Made by a program: the position numbers and the translations under genes
Source: a virus
Lineage: Duplodnaviria; Caudoviricetes
Direction: 5' to 3' (one strand)
DNA: 38,672 nt
Virus record (IMG/VR): IMGVR_UViG_3300024309_000065
Coordinates: 1 to 38,672 of that record
The notes under the pieces: generated by a model
The model's input: only the letters and a program-made list of their open reading frames with translations
Told to the model about the DNA's origin: nothing
Database searches by the model: none
Part shown: piece after piece, positions 23,612 through 32,624 of the stretch
Layout: every line of letters begins with the position of its first letter
Numbering within the stretch: the first letter of the stretch is position 1

Positions 23612-24061
23612 TTACTCCGAGGGCCAGAGGGGATGGTTGGCGATGTCGAGCGCGGCGAGGCTGGCGGCCGACAGGCCGGCAATCTTCGTCTCGATCGCGT
23701 TCGAGGCCGCGCGCACCGCGTCGATCGCGGCGAAGCGCGCTTCGACTTCCGGCAGCTGCGGATGAGCACGGCTGTCGTTCAGCTGCTGCCAGAGCGGCGC
23801 GATGGCCTCGATCCGGCGGGCCGCCTCGCGCTTGGTGCGGGCGACAGCGCGGGCGCGCAGCTGGGCCAGTGTGACACGGGGGACGGGCGCCAGACAGGGG
23901 CGGCCATCATCGTCGCAGGCGATCGCACGGCCCTGGCTTTGGCCTTCGATCAGGGCGCGATGCTCTTCGCCGCTGATGGCAACGGCATCCGCCGGCATGG
24001 CCTCGCCGTGCAGGGCGGGGGTGAAGAAGGCGTGGACGCTGGGGGAGAAGAAGATATCCAT
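23612..24061 (-). CDS. Tail fibre assembly chaperone (Tfa-like)
   Basis: IFFSPSVHAFF...MPADAVAIS.EEH.AL...GRAIACDDDGRPCL; follows gpH. Confidence 0.8.
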   Translation of the reverse strand: MDIFFSPSVHAFFTPALHGEAMPADAVAISGEEHRALIEGQSQGRAIACDDDGRPCLAPVPRVTLAQLRARAVARTKREAARRIEAIAPLWQQLNDSRAHPQLPEVEARFAAIDAVRAASNAIETKIAGLSAASLAALDIANHPLWPSE

Positions 24062-24062
24062 A

Positions 24063-25145
24063 TTAGTATCCAAATGCGATCCAGTCGAAGCCATCGGCCC
24101 GATTGTCGTTGTCGTCGCTGGCCTGGAAGAAGACGTTGAAGCCGGTCTGTGTGCGCTCGCGCATCTGCACGAAGAGGTCGCGCACATTGCTGTCGGCGGC
24201 GATGTAGGAGATCGGCCCGACCCAGAGGCAGGCGTTCGGGAAGGCGACCGGGAAGACGATCGGCGCGGCAAGTTCGGTCGTGACCAGGGCGCGCATGGCG
24301 CCGGTCATGACGATGATGGGGGTGCCGGGGATACGAAACAGGGCATTGCCGGCGTCCCATCCGCCTAATTGGGTCAATGCACCGATCAAGCCTTGCGGCG
24401 TCACCGCCTTGCTGGCGATCAGGCCGGCGGCGGTTTCCGCCGCGCTGGCGGCATCGACGCCCAGCACCCGATTGGCCGACAGGTCGCCGCCACCGCCGAC
24501 CAGGCCGGCGCCGGTGATGGTGCGAGCGGTGAGCGCCGCCAGCAGCGCGTCGAAGCCATCGGCCATGGCGGCCAGGTCCGCGTCGAACTCGATCGTCAGC
24601 GCGGTGCGCAGCGCATCCAGCAGCCGCTTGGCCTTCTTGGGCGAGATGATGCGGCTATCGTCGGTGCCTGCGTCAGCCTCCGCATCGGTGGCTATTTCCG
24701 CGACGCCCTTCACCGTCTCGGATGCCGGCGGCATCAGGAAGCTGGTGTCGCCAAAGACGATGTCGCCGGCGATGCCATTGGTGAAACCAAGGTCGAGGGC
24801 GAGCAGGAAGAAGGAGATCGACACTTTGCGAAAGAGGGGCGTGGGCTGGCTGTAGACGGCGAAGAGGGTGCCGTCCGACAGATAGAGGCCCAGTCCGCGC
24901 AGTTCATATGTGTCGGTGCTGTTGTCCTGCGCGGTCATGTGGATGACCGTCTCACTCACCACCTGGCCCGCGACCGCGTCGATCCGTTTCAGTTCGCCGG
25001 GCAGGTTGGTGATGGTCGGCGCCATGGTGAAGGCGTTGGCGGTGATACCCAGCGACACGACGCGGATCGGGTCCGTGCCGCCCGCCTGGGCGTTGACCAG
25101 TGCGTCGAGACCCGCGCTGGTGATCATGAAGAGGATCGGGTCCAT
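24063..25145 (-). CDS. H: Tail fibre protein gpH-like
   Basis: ITSAGLDAL, LRGLGLYLSDGTLFAVY, ASETVKGVAEIAT, C-terminal FPVAFPNAC...WIAFGY. Confidence 0.85.
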   Translation of the reverse strand: MDPILFMITSAGLDALVNAQAGGTDPIRVVSLGITANAFTMAPTITNLPGELKRIDAVAGQVVSETVIHMTAQDNSTDTYELRGLGLYLSDGTLFAVYSQPTPLFRKVSISFFLLALDLGFTNGIAGDIVFGDTSFLMPPASETVKGVAEIATDAEADAGTDDSRIISPKKAKRLLDALRTALTIEFDADLAAMADGFDALLAALTARTITGAGLVGGGGDLSANRVLGVDAASAAETAAGLIASKAVTPQGLIGALTQLGGWDAGNALFRIPGTPIIVMTGAMRALVTTELAAPIVFPVAFPNACLWVGPISYIAADSNVRDLFVQMRERTQTGFNVFFQASDDNDNRADGFDWIAFGY

Positions 25146-25162
25146 TAGTAATCCTCCGAATA

Positions 25163-28120
25163 TCAATAGCCAATGAGGGGTCGCGAAGCGCAGAAGTCGA
25201 GGAGATAGGCTCCCTTTTCGACCGTCAGCTGTTTGGTGAAGAGAAGACCGCCGAGGCATCCCTGAGCGAAATTTGCTGGGGTGCTGGCGGTGCTAGCGCC
25301 GACACGCAAAATGCCGGCTGGCGTATTCATCGCAATGCTGGCGCTAGTATAATTGGAGCCATCAACCGAAGCGCGCACGCGATGTGCCTCGAATAGGCCG
25401 CGCAGCACATGGACGCCGCTGATATCCTCGTCGCGAACCGCCGATGCACTGGCCGAAATGCCGTCGCCGGCACTAACCGAAAGATTCTGGGTGGCGCTTG
25501 CATTGTTGCGCAGCATCGAGCGGTAGAAGGGGCTGGTGGACCCGCCGTAGCGCCAAATTATGCGGGAGATGGCCGATGTTGGCCCATCCTCCCTCCAGAT
25601 CGCCCATGCCTCCATCGGCGTCGCGCCGATAGGCAGGGGGGAGACGGCCATTTCGAGATAGTCATCTGCCCCGTCAAAAGTGACACCGGGACGGCCTGAC
25701 AGGCTTGTCGCGCCATAGGTAGGTTTTCTGGCGGCGGTAGATTGTGAGAGCACATAGCCATTTTTCGTGTCAGTCCAGCTGTCAACAGCGCCAGCGGTGA
25801 GCGAGAGGGATCCGAGTGCTTCTGCATCCCAGAATGCGAGCAGGTCCGATCCCAGATCATCGGGCGTCCAAAGACTCCCAGTCTGAGCAAAATCCATGTC
25901 CCAGTTGATGATGATGGGCGCGCCTGTGCGGTTCTCAAAATATAGATAGCCGGCGGCGACAAAGCTGGTGAATTTGCTATCCGTACCGGTCGTACCGGTC
26001 GGCATACCGGTGGCTACCGCCGCGTTCGCCCCCACGGCGCCATAGGGAGAAATCGCGGGGGTCAGCGAGGTGTTGATGTAATAAGCACCAAACACAGAAG
26101 GGTTGCGCGTCCAGAGCCGAACAAGGCCATCACCGGCACCCAACTTGATCGCGTACAGGCCATCATCAGCAATGGTGGCACTTCCTCCCTTGGTCGGAAG
26201 CAGTTTGATGTCGCCCTCCCGGTTTGGACCGTTAACGGAGCCGGTCAGATAGACGCGATTCATGAGGCCCCGGGAAGAGCAGCGCACCGGACCGACAGAA
26301 AATTGAGAAGATGAGTGGCCAAAGACCTCCGCCACATCCTGGCTGTAAGTCACATTGCCAAGCTGAACGAAGCCGCTTGGATTGGGGTTTCGCATATCAA
26401 CGAGGTACCCGCCACGCTGAGCGCCGCTGACTGCTACGCTTTCCACCTCAAGAGCGCTTTCGCCGAGCATGAGGATATTGCCGCTGTCCAGGCCATGACA
26501 TCCGATTTCGAATTCAAGATGCTTCAACTGTGTAAGTGACATGTTGGAGCCGACAAACGCCATCTGACTCTGTGCGAAGTTGTTGACGCCCGCCGAAATC
26601 CCGTGACATTTCAGGTCATTCATAAACAGGAAGATACCGCTGTGCGCGAGAACGGCGGGACCGTAATATTGCTCGCATTTGGTATTCCAGATTTTGATGT
26701 CGTTCGCCGGCGACGACAATTCGCTGTCGTAGACATCCGATCCGCCAATGTAGATTGTGGGCGTGAGCCAGACCCGCACATCAACCGCATCATTGACCGT
26801 TGGCGTGTCGATGCTGATCGTCATTCCATCGCTGGATATATCGGTAATTCGCGCGACATGAGCACCAGAGGCGGTGCCATTGCCACCGCCGCCGCCGCTG
26901 CCATAACCGCCACCACCAATGTAAATGAAGCGGCCGATATCGGTCGCTGCCAGCGCAGCGTTGAGATAAAGGGTCTGCGAAGCATAGCCGATGCTCCCCC
27001 TCATCGCGTCAAAAGAGCAGTAAACACCAGTGCAGGTTCGCGTTGGTGCGTGCTTTACCCTGATCTCGGTCGGCGAAACATAAGTGTCGATAGTGCTACA
27101 ATGAACGCCGCCCGGTTTGCCTGTCACCTGCATGTAGAAGGTCTTTCCGACGTCGTCGGCCGACCACAGATTTTCACTCGCGGTGACCTTTGTGTCGCCC
27201 GCTGTAAAGCTAACCCGCACTGTGCTGGAGATCATCTTGACCATGGGCTGCTTGCCCGATGCATCGGCATTGATATCGCGCCAATCGCAGTTGAACGGCG
27301 AACTGGTCCAAATCAGCGTATTGCCGAGCCCCTCAAGATCGACGCGCTCGATCGTTAGGCGCTGCGCATAAGGCGCATAGATCGCGATCGGGTCTTCAGC
27401 GCGCGAGGATGCGCGACCTATCATCAGGTCAGTGATTGTAATACGACGGACCCGACTGCTGACCGTGTTGCAGGTCAACTTGAGTACAGCCTTGCCAGCG
27501 CCAAAGGGCGTTGGCGCGATTATCGAACGCCGCGGACCTTCTCCTACAAAACCAAAACTTTTGGTGACATTCGTGAAGTCGATTTCGCCGGCAATCTTGT
27601 AGGTAAAATCGAGCAAGCGAATGACGAATGGGACATTAAGATCAATGCCCCACTGCACGTTGCGCTGGAAAGCAGGCTGATCGTCGGTGCCGGCGGCAGC
27701 GCCGTTGCCTACCTGGCCGTCACCCACAGCCCCGAACATGTGGACATTTTCCTTCTGCCCCTTGCAGACACGCCAGTGTGCGCCATCAGCGCTGGTCAAG
27801 GTGTGCGATGCGGCCGTCACGACCTTTTCACGCCAATGCGGACCGGCGTCGTTATGGCTGTAATAACCGCCGCACCAAATCCGCTGGACGTCTGCTGTAA
27901 AGTTGGTCGAGGATATATCGATCGCGCGCTGCACTGATCCCAAGACAGCCTTCAGGTTACGATTGATTATCCCGGCAACATGGCTGGTCAGCTGCGACGT
28001 CTTAATCCGGATGTCAGCGCCGCCCTGGACGCCGGCCCAAAATTCCTCACCATCCAGTTCGGAGGCTTCGTCCAGGTCGGACGCCTTTCGGTCGGGGAAG
28101 AACGTGTCGGCCAAAGTCAA
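25163..28120 (-). CDS. Large tailspike / polysaccharide depolymerase candidate (beta-helix + C-terminal LamG-like domain)
   Basis: NVHMFGAVGDG...DDQPAFQ beta-helix entry motif; WTPDDLGSDLLAFWDA LamG-like module; visibly less GC3-rich than its neighbours. Confidence 0.75.
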   Translation of the reverse strand: MTLADTFFPDRKASDLDEASELDGEEFWAGVQGGADIRIKTSQLTSHVAGIINRNLKAVLGSVQRAIDISSTNFTADVQRIWCGGYYSHNDAGPHWREKVVTAASHTLTSADGAHWRVCKGQKENVHMFGAVGDGQVGNGAAAGTDDQPAFQRNVQWGIDLNVPFVIRLLDFTYKIAGEIDFTNVTKSFGFVGEGPRRSIIAPTPFGAGKAVLKLTCNTVSSRVRRITITDLMIGRASSRAEDPIAIYAPYAQRLTIERVDLEGLGNTLIWTSSPFNCDWRDINADASGKQPMVKMISSTVRVSFTAGDTKVTASENLWSADDVGKTFYMQVTGKPGGVHCSTIDTYVSPTEIRVKHAPTRTCTGVYCSFDAMRGSIGYASQTLYLNAALAATDIGRFIYIGGGGYGSGGGGGNGTASGAHVARITDISSDGMTISIDTPTVNDAVDVRVWLTPTIYIGGSDVYDSELSSPANDIKIWNTKCEQYYGPAVLAHSGIFLFMNDLKCHGISAGVNNFAQSQMAFVGSNMSLTQLKHLEFEIGCHGLDSGNILMLGESALEVESVAVSGAQRGGYLVDMRNPNPSGFVQLGNVTYSQDVAEVFGHSSSQFSVGPVRCSSRGLMNRVYLTGSVNGPNREGDIKLLPTKGGSATIADDGLYAIKLGAGDGLVRLWTRNPSVFGAYYINTSLTPAISPYGAVGANAAVATGMPTGTTGTDSKFTSFVAAGYLYFENRTGAPIIINWDMDFAQTGSLWTPDDLGSDLLAFWDAEALGSLSLTAGAVDSWTDTKNGYVLSQSTAARKPTYGATSLSGRPGVTFDGADDYLEMAVSPLPIGATPMEAWAIWREDGPTSAISRIIWRYGGSTSPFYRSMLRNNASATQNLSVSAGDGISASASAVRDEDISGVHVLRGLFEAHRVRASVDGSNYTSASIAMNTPAGILRVGASTASTPANFAQGCLGGLLFTKQLTVEKGAYLLDFCASRPLIGY

Positions 28121-28836
28121 TTCTCCAACATAAGTCTGCCGCCGCTCTCCAGCAGGCGGAGACCGCCTTCTTCGAGGCCCAGCATGGACGGGATGATCAG
28201 GAAGCTGCCGTCGCGGGCGAGGATCGGCTCGCCATCCATCGTCTGCAGAAAGGTGGACCAGGCTGGATTGAGGGCGCTGGTCTGGTCGGCCATGGCGTCG
28301 AGGCGGGTGAGGCCCCCGGCCTGCGCGGCCGACAGCAACCAGGTGCGCGCCTGCGCCCGCAGCTTGAACACTGCGAGCATGTTGGCGCGCACCGGCTTGA
28401 CCTGGGCGATATCGCGCAGGATCCGCGCGACCAGATTTTCGTCGTAGAAGACGTCGCTGTCGGCCAGCAGCGGCAGCTCAAGCCGGAAATGATAGGGATC
28501 GAGCGTGCCGCGATCCTGAAACCATTCGACAATCTCGATCATCGGATCGAAGCGATCGAGCACCTGGCGCAGCGAGGCCGGGGTGCCCTTGCGCCGCTGG
28601 AACAGGATGGCGTCGGCAATGGCCGCGCGCTTTTCCGCTTCGGTCCAGCTCGAATCCCACAGGTCGATCGACAGGCCCCAGGCCAGCCAGGGGAGAAGCG
28701 CGACCGGGCAGGTGGCCGGGTTCCAGATCGTGTCGATCGCCACCGGCACGCCCGCCAGCGATGCCGCCGGGGCGACCGACAGGGCGCGCTCCAGCCTGGA
28801 GGCATTGGGCGGCAGCAGATCGGCGAGCGCGCCCAT
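28117..28836 (-). CDS. I: Tail protein gpI
   Basis: LLPPNASRLERAL, CPVALLPWLAWGLSID.W, RRKGT, EWFQ. Confidence 0.93.
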   Translation of the reverse strand: MGALADLLPPNASRLERALSVAPAASLAGVPVAIDTIWNPATCPVALLPWLAWGLSIDLWDSSWTEAEKRAAIADAILFQRRKGTPASLRQVLDRFDPMIEIVEWFQDRGTLDPYHFRLELPLLADSDVFYDENLVARILRDIAQVKPVRANMLAVFKLRAQARTWLLSAAQAGGLTRLDAMADQTSALNPAWSTFLQTMDGEPILARDGSFLIIPSMLGLEEGGLRLLESGGRLMLEN

Positions 28837-29687
28837 CAGGCGACCTCGATCAGGATCGACGTCGGGTGGGCGGCCTGGGTGCGGCTGATCGCGATGTCCG
28901 CCGTCGGGCTGAGCAGCTCCAGCGTCTCGACGCCGGCCACCTGCAGCGCGCCGGCGTGGCCGCTATAGCTGACCAGGCGGCCAAGCCGGCGCCGCGTGGC
29001 CAGATAGGTGTCGAGCGCGGCCTGCGCGGTGGACAGGACCAGTGCGGTATCGGGGCCATAGGCGATGTGCAGCCGGGCATGGATGGCGTAGCCGACGATG
29101 TCGGCGCTCTGCACGGTGACGCTGTCGGTGAGTGGGCGGACCTCATCATGGGTGAGGATGGCTTCGACCGCTGCGATCTGGCCCGCGCTGGCGGTGCCGT
29201 CACCCGTGGCGCTCAGCAGGCTGACCAGCACTTCGCCTGGCGCCGCCATGATCGCGCTGGCGTCCGAAATGCTGACGTCTGCGCTCAGGGCGTGAAAGAC
29301 ATAGGCGCTTTCCGGGCCGGCCACCGAATAGCTGTCCGGGGCGAGCTGCACGCGACGCAGCAGTGCCGTGTCGGTTTCGCCGTCGAGCCGTTCCACGCCG
29401 AAGAAAGCGGCGAGATTTTCGAGATCCGCGCCCGTTGCGAACGGCAGCAGCATCGACACGGCCCGCTCGTTGAAGTTCTGGCGCAGAAGCATGATCTTGT
29501 AGGCGAAGACCTCCATCAGCTTCATCGCCGGATCGCTCTCCACCAGCGCGTCAAAGTCACCATAGCGCGACTGGAATTCGGCCAGGACGTCCGCCTTGAT
29601 CGTGTCGAAGTCGAGCGTCTCGACCACCTGCGGCTTGGGCAGGCGGGACAGGTCTACGGCGACGGATGCGGGCGGGAGGGAGGCCAT
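28836..29687 (-). CDS. J: Baseplate protein gpJ
   Basis: VDLSRLPKPQVVETLDF, ESDPAMKL, SVAGPESAYVFHA, VRPLTD. Confidence 0.95.
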   Translation of the reverse strand: MASLPPASVAVDLSRLPKPQVVETLDFDTIKADVLAEFQSRYGDFDALVESDPAMKLMEVFAYKIMLLRQNFNERAVSMLLPFATGADLENLAAFFGVERLDGETDTALLRRVQLAPDSYSVAGPESAYVFHALSADVSISDASAIMAAPGEVLVSLLSATGDGTASAGQIAAVEAILTHDEVRPLTDSVTVQSADIVGYAIHARLHIAYGPDTALVLSTAQAALDTYLATRRRLGRLVSYSGHAGALQVAGVETLELLSPTADIAISRTQAAHPTSILIEVA

Positions 29688-29710
29688 GTCCAACGCATGG
29701 CGTGATGCTT

Positions 29711-29752
29711 CGCGCGCGCGAAGCGGGCGGCCCGGTGACAGCCGATGTTACC
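29711..29752 (-). promoter_or_regulatory. Putative Ogr-dependent late promoter (gpJ-I-tailspike-H)
   Basis: CGCGCGCGCGAAG 29711-29723 and GGT-N13-ACC 29734-29752. Confidence 0.75.
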
Positions 29753-29760
29753 GCAGCAAA

Positions 29761-30225
29761 TCAGCCCGCGTCGGGATCGAGGAAGCCAGCGATCACACCC
29801 ATGACAAGCGCCTCATCGTCGGGGGCGAAGCCCAACAGCCGCCTTTCAGGATAGCGAGCGCGGATCACACGACCGTCGCGAAGGCGGCCCACATAGCCGA
29901 CTTCACCGAAATGATGGGTGGCGGCGGTCCGTTCTACCAGCGGATTAATGGGAGAGATCTCCAGCCCGTCGGCATCGGCATCGATCTTCCATTCACGGAT
30001 GCGCCGTAATTTGGGGAACATCTTGCGGCGTAAGCGGCCGCCCTCGCGCGGCTTGCGCTTTTCCATGGCACCACCGCCGGGTTCGACATTGGCTGCTATG
30101 CGTTCGATGTTACTGCGGCGGAGCGCCTGCGCCAGCTTTATCGATGCACGACGGCGTTTGCTCGGGTCGAGACCTGCCAGCACACGGCCCAGCCATTGTT
30201 CGAATTCGGCAAGATCCTCAGCCAT
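29761..30225 (-). CDS. S: Tail completion protein gpS
   Basis: LRRSNIERIAAN, HHFG, YPERRLLGF. Confidence 0.9.
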   Translation of the reverse strand: MAEDLAEFEQWLGRVLAGLDPSKRRRASIKLAQALRRSNIERIAANVEPGGGAMEKRKPREGGRLRRKMFPKLRRIREWKIDADADGLEISPINPLVERTAATHHFGEVGYVGRLRDGRVIRARYPERRLLGFAPDDEALVMGVIAGFLDPDAG

Positions 30226-30685
30226 CGATATCGACGCCGGCGAACGGCGGGACCGGCATCGCGTCCGCGAAACCCAGGCCATCGGCGAACAGCGGGTCCG
30301 GTTCGGCGAGGTAGTGCATGTCGAAGCCACCGCCATCCTTCGTCGCCACGGTGACATTCTGGGTCAAGCGCAGCTGCAGCAGGACGTCGGCCGTGCCATT
30401 GTCGAGCGGGTCGACGTCGAAGGTGAAACCTTCATTGGGTGGCACGACCAGGGCGGGCTGGTTGACGCGCAGCCATCGAAAGATGGCATGGGCCAGCACG
30501 GCAAAGTCGCTGCCCATCTCCACGATCAGCACATTGGCCTCATATTCGAAGCCGAACGCGTCGGAGGCGGTCCCCTGGCAACGCCCGGAACCGCGCGAGA
30601 TCCAGAGGCGCAGATTTTCCGGGCTGCGCTGCAATTCGGGCAGCGCCTGGGCAATGGCCGCGCGCAGGCTGTCGAGCTTGTTCAT
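30218..30685 (-). CDS. R: Tail completion protein gpR
   Basis: MNKLDSLRAAI, WLRVNQP, LTQNV. Confidence 0.9.
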   Translation of the reverse strand: MNKLDSLRAAIAQALPELQRSPENLRLWISRGSGRCQGTASDAFGFEYEANVLIVEMGSDFAVLAHAIFRWLRVNQPALVVPPNEGFTFDVDPLDNGTADVLLQLRLTQNVTVATKDGGGFDMHYLAEPDPLFADGLGFADAMPVPPFAGVDIDG

Positions 30686-30689
30686 TGGC

Positions 30690-30902
30690 TCAGTCCCACA
30701 GGTTGACGGTTTCCAGCACCGCCGGGGTCAGCTGCGCCAGATCGGGCAGGATGACGCTGGTCCCACCGGGTAGCGCCGGGCCAAGCGCGGCCAGGCCGGG
30801 ATTGAGGGCCAGCACCTGTTCGGTGACGCCCTTGGTGCGGCCCAGCTCGCGCCAGCAGATGGCGTCGACGGTGTCGCCTTCCAGGGCGGTGGCGATGGTC
30901 AC
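30690..30902 (-). CDS. X: Tail protein gpX
   Basis: GDTVDAICWR, NPGLA, VNLWD; GTG start. Confidence 0.9.
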   Translation of the reverse strand: MTIATALEGDTVDAICWRELGRTKGVTEQVLALNPGLAALGPALPGGTSVILPDLAQLTPAVLETVNLWD

Positions 30903-31117
30903 GCGCGATCCTTCGCAGGAAAAAGCGGATCCGCCCAACGGGCTGGGTCGCTATTCAATTCACGGCGCGCGGGACGCGACAGGATGTGGCGCTGCAAATC
31001 ATGAACAGTTGCCAGAAATTCGGGCCGGTCGCTGCCATGCTCGTTGGGGAGCGAGAGGAAGCCGTTCCAAAGATCGACCGTCAGCCGCATCAAGGCTTCT
31101 TCGGCGTTGGTCAGCAT
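30899..31117 (-). CDS. Hypothetical protein (72 aa) inserted between L and X
   Basis: MLTNAEEALMRLTVDLWNGFLSLPNEH...; starts 2 nt after the L stop and overlaps the X start. Confidence 0.6.
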   Translation of the reverse strand: MLTNAEEALMRLTVDLWNGFLSLPNEHGSDRPEFLATVHDLQRHILSRPARRELNSDPARWADPLFPAKDRA

Positions 31118-31119
31118 GA

Positions 31120-31614
31120 TCAGATCAGCTCCACCCGGTTGCGCTCCACCGGCTTTTCGGCGGCGATGCTGCGCAGATCCGCGACGGCGGCAAGCGCGCG
31201 GCGGCGCAGTTCGTCGCTGGTCAGATCCTTTTCGGCTGAGCGATCGAGGCCCTGATCGGTGGCGGTGACATCGCGATAGTCGGCCGCCAGATCGGCGCCG
31301 GCGAAATAGCGGACGATCCGTTCCCACAGCAGCACCGCATAATTCCGGCCATTGAGCGTCTGGGCTGTCACCTGATCAAGGCCGGTGGCGCCGGCCAGCA
31401 CGCGGGCGGTGCGCCAGTCCGCCAGCTCGCGGAAGGCATGGACCATGCCGCCCTCCATCGCCTCGATCAGGCGCGCATTGGTCACCGCCCCTTCGCCCAG
31501 GCGCAGACGATCGCGGACATCGTCCAGCTTGACCGGCGGAAACCAGTCATCCGCCACCACTTGCGCGCCGGCGGGATCGGGCGCGGGAACGGGGGAGGAG
31601 ATGAGGCCGGTCAT
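31120..31614 (-). CDS. L: Head completion protein gpL
   Basis: DWFPPV, YRDVTAT, RVELI C-terminus. Confidence 0.9.
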   Translation of the reverse strand: MTGLISSPVPAPDPAGAQVVADDWFPPVKLDDVRDRLRLGEGAVTNARLIEAMEGGMVHAFRELADWRTARVLAGATGLDQVTAQTLNGRNYAVLLWERIVRYFAGADLAADYRDVTATDQGLDRSAEKDLTSDELRRRALAAVADLRSIAAEKPVERNRVELI

Positions 31615-31722
31615 GGGTGGTTCCTATATTTTGGGGGGTGGGGATGGCTGGGCCGTGCGGGCCGTGCAGGGCCGTCCGAACCGTCCATCCGCCCCCCAGC
31701 GCCGTGGGGCGGGCCGTTCTGG

Positions 31723-32484
31723 CTATTGGGCGCCGGCTGCGGCGGCCTCTGCCAATTTCTTGAGCATGTGCGTCACGCGCTTGATGTCGGTCTTTACGCC
31801 GACATTGGCGTCGAGCTGCAGCGCGCGTTGCAGATGGGTAAGCGCTTCTTCCGCATAGGCCGCCTTGCCGCCCGCCGGCGCATTGTCGGCCGTGGGATCG
31901 AAGGCGTCGGCGCGGCGCTCATAGGCGCGGCCGATGGCCTTGTGCAGCTTGGCGCGGGCCGGATCCGGCATGTCGGCGCCGGCGGTCATGGCATTGGCCT
32001 GGACCAGCTGTTCCAGCGTCACCAGTTCATGCTGTTCCAGCGCGACGGTGGCGATGTCTTCGGCCAGGAAGCAGGCGGCGGTGCGATTGTAGCGTTCCGG
32101 CAGGGTCAGGTTGAATTTCAGGACATGGGCGCCCAGGCGCAGCGCATAGTCGAAATCGCGATAGTCGATCGCCCAGATCATGTTGGTCACAAGGATTTCG
32201 TCCTGCGCGGCCAGGCCCTGTTCGCCGGCGGCGAGGACGCCCTCGATCCAGTCGGCATAGGCGGTGGCCATTTCGGCCTTCATCGGGTTGCGCGCCTCGA
32301 TCGAGGCGACGTCGGCCAGCTTGCGCAGGTCATCATGGAGCAGGACGCGGATCATCGCATATTCGCGGCCCGCCTCCGTATCGCCCTTGGGTTCGGGCGG
32401 CGCGGCGGCGCTGGCATCCTTGACGGCCGCGCCGCTCATCTGCGCGCGGATCTTCTGCTGGTGGCGGCGGAAGGGGCTGACCAT
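31723..32484 (-). CDS. M: Terminase small (endonuclease) subunit gpM
   Basis: SPFRRH, QDEIL...IWAID, DMPDPARAKLHKA, GVKTDI. Confidence 0.92.
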   Translation of the reverse strand: MVSPFRRHQQKIRAQMSGAAVKDASAAAPPEPKGDTEAGREYAMIRVLLHDDLRKLADVASIEARNPMKAEMATAYADWIEGVLAAGEQGLAAQDEILVTNMIWAIDYRDFDYALRLGAHVLKFNLTLPERYNRTAACFLAEDIATVALEQHELVTLEQLVQANAMTAGADMPDPARAKLHKAIGRAYERRADAFDPTADNAPAGGKAAYAEEALTHLQRALQLDANVGVKTDIKRVTHMLKKLAEAAAAGAQ

Positions 32485-32624
32485 GATGTCTCCTGATGAT
32501 TGAACCGCTCTATCCGGCGGCGGCCGACCGGGCGGTGTCGGAGCATCGCTCCCCGCCACGGTCATCTGCAGGCTCAGGTGGGGCCGGCCCGGATGCCAGC
32601 CACCACCGTCAAAGCCCCTGGGTA

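Noticed and set aside
21468-28120. Diversity-generating retroelement or invertible tail-fibre cassette
   Set aside because: No reverse transcriptase, no TR/VR repeat pair, no serine invertase or inverted fibre segment seen
14198-29752. CGCGCGCGCGAAG repeats as CRISPR, REP or IS ends
   Set aside because: Dispersed single copies kilobases apart, each upstream of an operon start; no spacers, cas genes or transposase
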